Shown here: positions 12,373 through 21,514 of the stretch, one piece after another | Numbering within the stretch: position 1 is the first letter of the stretch | How the letters are laid out: each line of letters starts with the position of its first letter | Source of the DNA: Savitreella phatthalungensis | Taxonomy: Eukaryota | Length of the DNA stretch: 64,000 nt | Direction: 5' to 3' | Assembly: GCA_051599415.1 (NCBI GenBank) | Contig: AP039697.1 | Location: forward strand, 248,001-312,000 | Made by a program: the position numbers and the translations under genes | Notes under the pieces: model-generated | The model's input: only the letters and a program-made list of their open reading frames with translations | What the model was told of the DNA's origin: nothing | Databases searched by the model: none

Positions 12373-12795
12373 ACTGAGCCGGAACAACGCGCTCTTGATG
12401 GGGAAGGATCGACAACCTGTAACTTCCCCTAAGCCAAACAACGAAGAAGCCGATCCTTCGCCTCAGCCAACTCATTCGTCAGAACACCTTGGAGCGGAAG
12501 CCTAGCGGCCACAAAATCCGGACAATCCTGAACATGAGCAATCGCTCTCCAAATCCAATTACACGGCCCCTTTATTCCCGCACGTACGCACAAATTCTTA
12601 TCTCTTGTTGTCAGTCTAGATGTATTCAAGATCGTGTCCACGATGAAATCCACGAAGTTCGAATGATGAAGAAGGTGATAATGATGCTTGCTTCTTTTGT
12701 GTCCATGCTATACTAGGGCCTCTAGAATATACTCTACTGTACACGAGGCCTGTGATTGTGCGGAAATGGTTGTTGACCGAACGCGATGGCCGACA

Positions 12796-14373
12796 CTACC
12801 ACACGAAAGGGATGAAGATGTAAGGGCACTCGCGTTCGAAGGCTTCCCAGTCCTTGCCGTACTTCTGCCTGCATCGCTGAATGTCGCGGGAGACGCGGTG
12901 GACGAGGACGACGAGGAAGAAGCAAGGGTAGAAGTAAGGCAGAGGGGACTTGAATCCGGTCACCAACGCCCACAACATCGACTGCACAAAGTCTGCAGTG
13001 TAGTGCATCTTTCGAGCGTACCTGTACCAGCCGGAAGTCAGGAGCGTGCCACCATTCTCACACCGGATGTAGGTCGGATTCTCGATCGTTCCCCAGGGTA
13101 GTTGTGGGAAGGTGTGTCTGACTTTGAAGTTGCCGTTCTGCTGTGCTCTGAAGCGGTTCTTCTGCGAATTACACGTGTCCCAGACGTAGTAGGCCGCCAA
13201 GAGCGAGCCGAAGAGGAGAACGTTGACTGGTGTGGACCAGGCATAGTCCTCGGGAGGATGATTCGCGAGGAACAGCGTGCAGTGAATGTAGGTGAACGGC
13301 ACGCCAGCCATGTTCCAGAAAGCCAGCATGAAGCCGAACTTCTCATGAGCCATATCCCAGGTAGGCACGATACACTCCTCTCCCTTGCAGCACGCATTGC
13401 CGTACAAGTAGTGGGCTAGGCAGAGGAACAGGACTTGTGGGGTCACGTATCCGTATTGCTCCCACTGACGGCACGCGACGCCGCACGAGGTAAAAAAGAG
13501 GATGTACCATGGGATCCGAACCTCTGCGAACATCTTGATGTCGAACCACTTGCCAATTCGAGGAACGAGCGCGGCACCCATGAAGAGGTCGTAGAAGAAG
13601 TTGCCAGTCATCCGGAACTCATCGCCGATGAACAGGGTCACCGCATAGACAACAAAAGTGACGAGGAAACCGCTCAGAATCGCCACACTGAGAATTGGAC
13701 CAAATTCGTCGACGACTGTCTGCAAAGGGAAGATTCCAGTCACGTGCAGCACGGCGGCAAGCACCATGGTGGTGTAAAAAGACCAGACTGCGTTGCAGTA
13801 GTAGTCATACTTGAAGCCGCCCAGGTGAGCAATCGGCAGACCCTTCTCGTAGATGCCTGGAAGCGTCAAGTAGAGCACTGCCTGGATGGCGACGAATCCC
13901 CAATAGATCGACCAGGCGCGTAGTCCCGGAAAGGCATGCGTGTAAACGAGATCGACTACATGTCGGACAAAGTCTCCAAAGCCTTGACCACGCGTAGGCA
14001 CAGCCCAGTGACCGTCGTAGAAGGTCGCTGATACCCACATGTACCACATCAGACAGGGAAAGAAGAGCATGAGAGCAGTCACGCCCCAAGGACCACCAAA
14101 CTCGACATGGCCACTCCGGTCAACTTTGTAGTCGTCAGAAGCTGTCTCGGCCTCGAGGCTTCCATTTGTTCTAGCCTTGCTGCTCTTAGCACCGTTCACG
14201 TGACCATTGGCGCTCTTGGACGAAGTTTTTCCGTTGAGAAGTGGACTTTGTTCGGGAAAGGCAGTGACATTGCCATGTAACTGAGCTTCGACCTCGTGAG
14301 TCTCTGCGTCCCGCTTGGCCAGCTTTGCTTCGCCAGGGCCTTTCTTGCGGGGACTGGATCTTGTGGCGACCAT
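12796..14373 (-). CDS. ERG4: Delta(24(24-1))-sterol reductase (ERG4/ERG24 family)
   Basis: EFGGPWG, KGEECIVPTWDMAHEKFGFM, LLTSGWY and HRVSRDIQRCRQKYG motifs; multiple hydrophobic helices. First ATG at 14373. Confidence 0.95.
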   Translation of the reverse strand: MVATRSSPRKKGPGEAKLAKRDAETHEVEAQLHGNVTAFPEQSPLLNGKTSSKSANGHVNGAKSSKARTNGSLEAETASDDYKVDRSGHVEFGGPWGVTALMLFFPCLMWYMWVSATFYDGHWAVPTRGQGFGDFVRHVVDLVYTHAFPGLRAWSIYWGFVAIQAVLYLTLPGIYEKGLPIAHLGGFKYDYYCNAVWSFYTTMVLAAVLHVTGIFPLQTVVDEFGPILSVAILSGFLVTFVVYAVTLFIGDEFRMTGNFFYDLFMGAALVPRIGKWFDIKMFAEVRIPWYILFFTSCGVACRQWEQYGYVTPQVLFLCLAHYLYGNACCKGEECIVPTWDMAHEKFGFMLAFWNMAGVPFTYIHCTLFLANHPPEDYAWSTPVNVLLFGSLLAAYYVWDTCNSQKNRFRAQQNGNFKVRHTFPQLPWGTIENPTYIRCENGGTLLTSGWYRYARKMHYTADFVQSMLWALVTGFKSPLPYFYPCFFLVVLVHRVSRDIQRCRQKYGKDWEAFERECPYIFIPFVW

Positions 14374-14745
14374 CTTCGATCTAGACGACTCCCTTGGGAC
14401 TGCACGCACCAGAAGGACAACTGACACTCCACGCGATGGTCACTGGTGTCTTGACTTGATCTCGTGTTGTTTTTAATTTACCTACAGCATGCAGAATGCT
14501 GTTGCACATTCTATATAGCTTTCCCATCGCGAATTAAGAAATGAGATGAAAGTCGTAACAGGAAATTCAATAGAATTTCAGCTGCTAATAGGGAAGGCAG
14601 TCTGAGAATTCATAATTTGCCCCCATATGATTTAATATGTTGAATCGTACGATGTGCGTATGATCTGCATACGTGAAATTCCCCCAGACGAGTCCTAATA
14701 TTGATTCAAAATCCGATTTTGATCAAAAGCTGCATTCAACGCACG

Positions 14746-14790
14746 CCCTCCCTCTCTCCCTCTCTCCCTCTCTCTCTTCATCTCTCCATC
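14746..14790. repeat. CT-rich simple repeat in the divergent ERG4/TRM9 intergenic region
   Basis: ccctccctctctccctctctccctctctctcttcatctctccatc read directly from the sequence. Confidence 0.8.
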
Positions 14791-14955
14791 AATGCACGAA
14801 TTCTCCAGGTCGATAGAAAAGTGGACGAGTCAAGCGCAACAGGACGTTCCGGTGTCACCATTTGCCAGAACAGCTTATAGAGGAAGTCGCGTGATAGGCG
14901 TCGAGAGGATTCTTCCGGCTCGATTCGATCATTTGTCTTGGTCAATGCATACATC

Positions 14956-15636
14956 ATGACTATTCCAAGCCGGCCTGCTGACGTCTCGCGAGCTCAGACG
15001 ATAGAGGATACTCACGTTCACGAAGTGTATGACGCAATTGCCAAACATTTCAGCAGTACAAGATATGGCACTTGGCCGGTGGTGCGCCAATTCTTGGAAG
15101 AGCGAACGGCAGGCCAAATAGGTGTAGATATCGGCTGCGGCAACGGTAAATACCTTGCTTGTAACCCTGACGTCTTCATCGTCGGCAGCGATCGATCACA
15201 TGCTCTGATCGACATCTGTGTTCATGAGCGTAAGCTCGAATGCCTCGTTTGTGACGGCCTCGCCCTACCACATCCCGCAAATCGCTTCGATTTCGCTATT
15301 TGCATTGCAGTCGTGCATCACTACAGCTCCCCGGAGCGACGTGTAGAAGCATTAAGGAATATCCTTGCGCTGCTACACAAAGGCGGTGAAGCACTTATCT
15401 ATGTCTGGGCTCTCGAGCAGAAGACGTCTCGTCGAGGCTGGGACGATGGTGATCCGCAAGACATCATGGTGCCCTGGAAGACTCAGGACGAGGAAGGCAA
15501 CGATCAAGTGTTCGAGCGCTATTATCACCTCTACAAGTCTGGCGACCTAGAGCGCGACGTATTACAAGCAGGCGGACAGATTGTAAGGACAGGCTACGAC
15601 ACGGACAACTGGTGGGCTGTCATGTCCCCAGAATAG
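14956..15636 (+). CDS. TRM9: tRNA (carboxymethyluridine-34) methyltransferase
   Basis: HVHEVYDAIAKHFSSTR, SAM-binding DIGCGNGKY, IAVVHH, YVWALEQ and RYYHLY motifs. First ATG at 14956. Confidence 0.93.
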   Translation: MTIPSRPADVSRAQTIEDTHVHEVYDAIAKHFSSTRYGTWPVVRQFLEERTAGQIGVDIGCGNGKYLACNPDVFIVGSDRSHALIDICVHERKLECLVCDGLALPHPANRFDFAICIAVVHHYSSPERRVEALRNILALLHKGGEALIYVWALEQKTSRRGWDDGDPQDIMVPWKTQDEEGNDQVFERYYHLYKSGDLERDVLQAGGQIVRTGYDTDNWWAVMSPE

Positions 15637-15640
15637 GGCA

Positions 15641-16111
15641 ATGGAGTGCTCAATCTTCCAAGTTGTGCGCTCTCTACCGCCTAATCGCTCGATCGCATTG
15701 CTCACGTCATGCGAAGCCGTTTTCACATACAGGCCGCGAGCTCTGGAGCCCGCTGAAGCTCGCAGTCTGCAGTCCTGGAGCCTGCCGAGGGCAAAGGGAA
15801 CCAGGTCAGCTGCTCTTTCTCAAGAGTCAGAGCACATATTCAACCGTGAACATCAGGAGTCACCATGCCCGCACGAAGACCTTCGCGGATACCCACGAGT
15901 CTCGACGCGGTTAGGCAGCACTCACTATCCAAGGAACGTCGTCAAAGTCCCACGCTCCGATCGCCACAAAGTCACAGGTCACTATGATCAAGGGCACCAG
16001 GGAGCACACGGCTCAGTCGATCTCAAGTCGAGGGCTGGCTCGATCAATCTTGAGATTGACAGAGGTCGGACCGTTGCATCCACTACAATGGTCGAACACG
16101 AGATACTGTAG
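15641..16111 (+). CDS. Hypothetical 156-aa ORF directly downstream of TRM9
   Basis: ATG-started ORF beginning 4 nt after the TRM9 stop; no recognisable motif; may be non-coding. Confidence 0.2.
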   Translation: MECSIFQVVRSLPPNRSIALLTSCEAVFTYRPRALEPAEARSLQSWSLPRAKGTRSAALSQESEHIFNREHQESPCPHEDLRGYPRVSTRLGSTHYPRNVVKVPRSDRHKVTGHYDQGHQGAHGSVDLKSRAGSINLEIDRGRTVASTTMVEHEIL

Positions 16112-16345
16112 AACATCAGATACATTCATGTATCTTTCTTCATATATGGTTAAGGACGGATTCTTTCCTGCATAATGTTCGTTCGACCGTGCATCTGCAG
16201 GCAACAGTGCACCTTCAGGCGCCAGCGCTGGAGTCGAGCACTATAAATCGTTTCAATGCACAAGGAATCGAGCCCAATGACATGTTGATCAACACTTCCG
16301 CATGCTTGCCGGGTCGGCTAACAGGGATCATGCGGTGAGACCGAG

Positions 16346-18151
16346 ATGCGCAGTCTGATCGAAGTTGTCGAAGATCTCGTCCGGCGCTTGCCCGAGCGCG
16401 AGCACGCCTGTAAGGAGCTGGCCGGCTTGCTATTGACTTCGTGTCCTGCACCTCTCGTCCTCTTGCATGGTCTTCGCCAGACAGGCAAGACATCAATTGC
16501 TCACGCTCTTCGAGCCTCGCTCGAGGTCCGCTCAAGTCCGCTACTGCTGGTGTATATCGACTGCCGCGAGTGCTACTCATTGCGATCACTGCACGAGCGA
16601 ATTCTGGAGGACTTGCGGACAGCGATTCTGGTACATGAGCTAGGTGTGCTAGAAGATGCACCGGAAGCTGATGCAGCGGTCTACATCGCTCCAGGGCCTG
16701 AAGTTGTTGCAGAGACGCTCGACACCTTTGCTTACAAGCTCGACATGCTACTTGAGCTTGAAGAGGCCGTAGCCAAGCGTCTGGTACTTGTTTTAGACCA
16801 CTTCACATCAGCACGCTTCCCAGACGCAGCTGGTATACTGCGCACGCTGCACACAGCCTTTGCAAGGCCACCTCGTAGCCGAATGCATAAGGCACAAGAT
16901 GATGACGATGGACCTAGTCTAATGAATCCACAATGGTCGACACTGGTCATCACGGGCGATCTGGCAGATCGACAATTGCAACTGATTCGCGTCCCTAGCG
17001 TCAATCTCGCACCGTACACATCGGAACAGGTGCTATCCATCGTGCAAAGGCAAGGCAGCATACTGCCACCAATCCGTGTCGTTGAAGAGGAGAACATGTC
17101 GGGTCATGAAAAGCCTACGCAGAAGGACGCTCTCGACGACCAGGACGTCATCCTTAGCGAGGAAGAGACACTCGCCCTGTACACGCGGTTCGCTAAGCTG
17201 CTCTGTTCAGCTTACTGGGACAGGCTCGGTCCGAGTAATGTGTCCTTGTTCAAGCGCCTGGCAGTGCGGCTCTGGCCAATCTACATCGAGCCTGTCGAAC
17301 AGGCACGCATTGGCCCTACCAACCATGTGCAGCTCGGCAAAATTGCAGGCGCTCGTGGATTATGGCAAGACGAGGCTTGGTTGCTCGAGATGGTGAGTGT
17401 TGGACACCCTGCACCGGATCCTGGGCCTATTGTCGGAATTGGCTGGACTTACGTAGCATCATCGCCGTCGGCCGGAGATTCGACACAGAAGCCGACAACC
17501 TCTGTAGCACCCACATTGGCGCAAGCGGCACAGATCTCGCGGCAAAAAGACGAAGACGCCAAGCAGGCGCTACAGCGACAATTGTCTCAGGCAGCCGCCA
17601 AGTCGCGTGACGCAGAGCTCAGCGTCACAGCAAAATTCTTGCTCATTGCATCTTACCTAGCCTCCTACAATCCGACACGCACAGATCGAACATTCTTCTC
17701 CCGCGGGCGCGACGGACCGTCGAGTAAGCGACGGCGGGGCGGCCGAGGTCGAGGCCGTGGGGGCAACGCAGCAGGATCGATGGGAGATAAGTTGCCTCAG
17801 CGTGTTCTAGGTGCCAAGGCATTCGGTCTTGAAAGGATGATGAGTATCTTCCAGGCGATTGCGCCGCTTTCCTTGACGGCGCCGATCGAGTATGAGGGCG
17901 ACGCCGTGAGCGACGATCAGGCTGCAATCGCTCTTGAAAATCGACGAGCAGCTCATTCAGTCAAGCTGGACGCTCAGCTAGCGACTTTGGCCTCCTTGCG
18001 TTTGATCATCAAATCCGCGAGCGGTGGGCCACTCGCTGCAAATCTCGACCCGCTTGACGACGGAAAGTGGTTGTGTAACGTCAGCTTTGACGTCGTCTTC
18101 GTTTTGGCACGTTCGGTCAATTTCGAGCTGATGAAGTACATGAGTGAATAG
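16346..18151 (+). CDS. ORC5: Origin recognition complex subunit 5
   Basis: Walker A-like HGLRQTGKT; ORC5 C-terminal motifs LLIASYLASYNP, AFGLERMMSIF, QLATLASLRLI and WLCNVS. Confidence 0.92.
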   Translation: MRSLIEVVEDLVRRLPEREHACKELAGLLLTSCPAPLVLLHGLRQTGKTSIAHALRASLEVRSSPLLLVYIDCRECYSLRSLHERILEDLRTAILVHELGVLEDAPEADAAVYIAPGPEVVAETLDTFAYKLDMLLELEEAVAKRLVLVLDHFTSARFPDAAGILRTLHTAFARPPRSRMHKAQDDDDGPSLMNPQWSTLVITGDLADRQLQLIRVPSVNLAPYTSEQVLSIVQRQGSILPPIRVVEEENMSGHEKPTQKDALDDQDVILSEEETLALYTRFAKLLCSAYWDRLGPSNVSLFKRLAVRLWPIYIEPVEQARIGPTNHVQLGKIAGARGLWQDEAWLLEMVSVGHPAPDPGPIVGIGWTYVASSPSAGDSTQKPTTSVAPTLAQAAQISRQKDEDAKQALQRQLSQAAAKSRDAELSVTAKFLLIASYLASYNPTRTDRTFFSRGRDGPSSKRRRGGRGRGRGGNAAGSMGDKLPQRVLGAKAFGLERMMSIFQAIAPLSLTAPIEYEGDAVSDDQAAIALENRRAAHSVKLDAQLATLASLRLIIKSASGGPLAANLDPLDDGKWLCNVSFDVVFVLARSVNFELMKYMSE

Positions 18152-18172
18152 TAATGACAAGTCTACACGACT

Positions 18173-20044
18173 TCAAAGCGTGAACGGAGGATGAGTGCCT
18201 GCATTCATCCATCCTGGAAGCTGCCAAGCCGCATGATACCAATCGTGTGAGGTGTAGATGCGATTCCCTTGCGACACCTTGATCGACGAGACGGTTGGAT
18301 CGTTTTGCTTCGTACGACAGAAAGAATCTTCAGGGAGCGTATCAAGTGGCAATTCTGCATAAGCCAGTCCATCGAAGGAATGGAATCCGATCGATGCCTT
18401 TTGCTCGACTTCCGTCAGGATGGCCATCTGTGAGGAGCCGCCACCAGAAAAGGCTGCCATCGACCCAAACAGATGCGGGCTCTTGCCCGCTTGTCTCGAC
18501 GATGTTCGATCGTAAGTATCGTGATGGTATCTGTGGGTATTGACGAATTCTAGCACGTTGTTGGTCGGATGAGTAGAGTTGCGATAGTGCCGGTAGCGTA
18601 TCAGTGGCAGCTTAAGCATGCGCAAGTCCCAAAGCTGCATAGAATCGCCCATTGATTTGCACACGAGGAGATTCGCGGGAATGGCGGAGCGACGGGAAGG
18701 ACACTCCAGTGGATGCATATAAAGAGCAGCATCGTGGTCCGGAGACTTGAGCGCACAGACGCGACCGTTGTGCTTGAAGATTGGCGTTCGATCCGAGAAG
18801 GCGGATGGTCCATGTCGCTCTCGGAGGTCACCGCGATAGACAGAGCCGTCCCTGAATCCTACAGCAATGCATCCAGCCCCGAGAGAGGTCAAAGCCGTTA
18901 CGATCTTGTTCTCAGGCGTATCATGAAAGCGATGTGTAGTCTTAGTAGTGTTTGAATCGCGGATGCAGAGAACTCCCTTGTCACTCCGACCTGTGGGGCA
19001 CGCGTTACGATGCATGTGGCGAATTTCTGCGGGAATGAAGCCGCCAGCAACGATGCAGCTCTCTTGGTCGTCGACCATAATACTGTTGTAAACGCAAATG
19101 CGAGTCGTCCTTTGACTGTCGTCCACAAAATTGACAATCTCACACTGAGCCCCGATCGGACGCGTATGGAAGGACCTCCCGAGATCGTGATGGTGCGTGT
19201 ACACGACTGTAGCATTGAGCTCACCGGAATCTACGACTCCTCGCTCTGAGAGGCTGGGTGCAAATGCACTGATAATAGCCGTGCTTATGGAAGCATACCC
19301 GCAGGGTATATCCGGATCCTCGTACTGGATCCCTGTTGACTTGTGCGAGCAAACTGGCAGGCTGCTGGGTTCAATTTTAGCGCGAAGACTACCGTGCCGT
19401 CTGCAGCTGATCGGAGACGCACTGACTACAGTCATGCCAACAGTCTGGGTGGACAGCCAATCGACTCCACTGCTCCTGGTCATGACACTGCTCATCTCCA
19501 CCAGCTGCTCCGGAACATCCCGTACGCTGGCGATGACTTCGGAAACGTCGTACGAATCTCCTGATGGTTTCGTGTAATCGTTCTCGCAACCCGGGCGAAG
19601 CACGCACTTGTTTGGCGAAAACCCCGCGATATATCGTCCGCCATCAATGAGGCAGAGTGGGGCTCCGATCGTGTTCTCGTTGCAAGGTCTGGCGTTGCAG
19701 AAGACAGAACGTGCCAGATCACAGAATACGGTCATCGCTAGACGCCTGCGGGTCGTCGAAGCAGCTTGTGCACCGATACTGCGGCAAATCAGCGCATTGG
19801 AGGGTGTTCCGGCAGAGAGTCCGCCGCGCATCTTCGTTTGATCTTTCGCGAGCAGCGCATTGCTCGAGAGACGAGGAGCCGACCTCAAACGCCTCGAATC
19901 TTCTCGAGCCACTCGTCGCTTCTTCTTCACATTGCTGAGATTATGCTGTGCGGCAGCCGAGCCCGCCGGTGCGCTAGCATGAGCTATGCGGAAGTATCGT
20001 TGCTTCGCCTCATCCCAAAAGAAGCCAGGTAGCTCACGCGGCAT
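18173..20044 (-). CDS. WD40-repeat protein, WDR21/DCAF4-like
   Basis: N-terminal ELPGFFWDEAKQRYFRI motif typical of the DCAF4/WDR21 family; degenerate WD repeats with DLR (WDxR-like) motifs. Confidence 0.72.
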   Translation of the reverse strand: MPRELPGFFWDEAKQRYFRIAHASAPAGSAAAQHNLSNVKKKRRVAREDSRRLRSAPRLSSNALLAKDQTKMRGGLSAGTPSNALICRSIGAQAASTTRRRLAMTVFCDLARSVFCNARPCNENTIGAPLCLIDGGRYIAGFSPNKCVLRPGCENDYTKPSGDSYDVSEVIASVRDVPEQLVEMSSVMTRSSGVDWLSTQTVGMTVVSASPISCRRHGSLRAKIEPSSLPVCSHKSTGIQYEDPDIPCGYASISTAIISAFAPSLSERGVVDSGELNATVVYTHHHDLGRSFHTRPIGAQCEIVNFVDDSQRTTRICVYNSIMVDDQESCIVAGGFIPAEIRHMHRNACPTGRSDKGVLCIRDSNTTKTTHRFHDTPENKIVTALTSLGAGCIAVGFRDGSVYRGDLRERHGPSAFSDRTPIFKHNGRVCALKSPDHDAALYMHPLECPSRRSAIPANLLVCKSMGDSMQLWDLRMLKLPLIRYRHYRNSTHPTNNVLEFVNTHRYHHDTYDRTSSRQAGKSPHLFGSMAAFSGGGSSQMAILTEVEQKASIGFHSFDGLAYAELPLDTLPEDSFCRTKQNDPTVSSIKVSQGNRIYTSHDWYHAAWQLPGWMNAGTHPPFTL

Positions 20045-20212
20045 CGAGCAGCCACCGGATAAATGATTCTTACATCAGCATCTCGACACAAGGGACTTGT
20101 GAAGCCTCCAGATTTGTGTATATGTCGACGAGCTCAGAGTGTCCGAGCCTTGAGCGTCCCAAGCTCTCAGAGTCTTCACTCTACTGTGCCCGGGTGTGTA
20201 CTACAAAACTCC

Positions 20213-20237
20213 AGACTAGACTAGACTGGACTGGACT
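20213..20237. repeat. Pentamer tandem repeat (AGACT)3(GGACT)2
   Basis: Read directly in the divergent WDR21-like/IGO1 intergenic region. Confidence 0.7.
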
Positions 20238-20804
20238 GTGTCAGACCGGCCCCGTAGGTCTGCTCATCGATGCACTGGTGTGTAATGATCAGTCGAGAGC
20301 ACTGGAGCGGGAGCTGGAGCCCGGAGTTCTAAGCAGGTGCGCGCCACAGATTGGAGTTCAAATGCTGTATTTAGTGGATTGCTTGGATGTGTGCCACAAA
20401 TTCATCGCTTTCCATGTCGCAGTAGGACTATCAATTCTGATCGTCTTTTGGGTGTTTCAATCAATTTGTCTTGTTTGTATACACAAAAATGAGGACATCA
20501 AAGCTCCAAGTCTGAATGGACACATGACGTCGAACAGTGGATAATTACTATTTCCACATGTTGTTCAGCTCCAATGTGGATGTCGATCACCTGCCTTACT
20601 CAGTCTCACACCGGAGAGCAGACGACCGCGACAGGCGCGGAGGTCATCAAGCGCACTCGCTGCAACGATTGCACAAAGCAGGACTCTGGAACGTAGCTGT
20701 ATATTGGCGCGTTCTTTCAGTCGGACGCTCGGGGCTAGCTAAGCGTACGGGTTGCATCACTCAGAAGAATCTTTGACAGTCTGGCTCATCATTGCCTGTA
20801 AATT

Positions 20805-21444
20805 ATGAATCCATTGCAGAAGAACAAGATCGACATGAGTGTAAGCGCCGCTATTACTCCAGGTCCCGTCGCTGATCCTAGAGCTAACTAATGTGGTAGA
20901 CTCTTAATGAGGAAGAGAAGAAAATGCTCAGCAAATATGGCAAGCTGCCACAACGCAAGGATTTGTTGTCGAGCAAGCTGAAGGTAAGAAGAGTTTGAGT
21001 GCGCTCTCGGGAATCACGATTTGCTCGGATCTCCTTGTCGAGCTGCTTGTCATGAGGTCTTGTTTCTCGTCACACAGCAGCTCACAGAGATTGTTCAGCA
21101 CTCAATTCTCTGATTGGCACCCACATCTGAGCACGAGGGCTTGGCGACTGACACAATCGCAACAGGAGCGAAAGTATTTTGATTCCGGCGACTATGCTCT
21201 CTCGAAGGCAGGCAAGGCGTCTGATGCAGGCATTACCAATATTGGCAGCCAATTTCCCAACCCGGAAAACATTCCCCACAGCCCGTCGGTGTCTGGCGGA
21301 AGCGGCAGTGGTTCATCCGGCGGTCACACCTCGTCCTCGTCATTCTCCTCAGGATCACCAGTCAAGGACTCCAGCCTACTCGCACAGCAGCTCCCTTCGT
21401 CCACTCAGGCGTACAGCAAGGAGTCGGAAGAAGCGATCGAATGA
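20805..21444 (+). CDS. igo1: Endosulfine (ENSA/ARPP-19; Igo1), ~132 aa, 3 exons
   Basis: Exons 20805-20840, 20900-20983, 21166-21444 give MNPLQKNKIDMS-TLNEEEKKMLSKYGKLP..KLK-ERKYFDSGDYALSKAG, containing the Greatwall phosphorylation motif FDSGDY. Canonical introns 20841-20899 and 20984-21165. Confidence 0.95.
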
Positions 21445-21514
21445 GGTATGTCCATTCATCAGGCGAGCGACGATCATGTACATAGCGTCGAGATACAAAG
21501 ATCAGGTTAAAATT

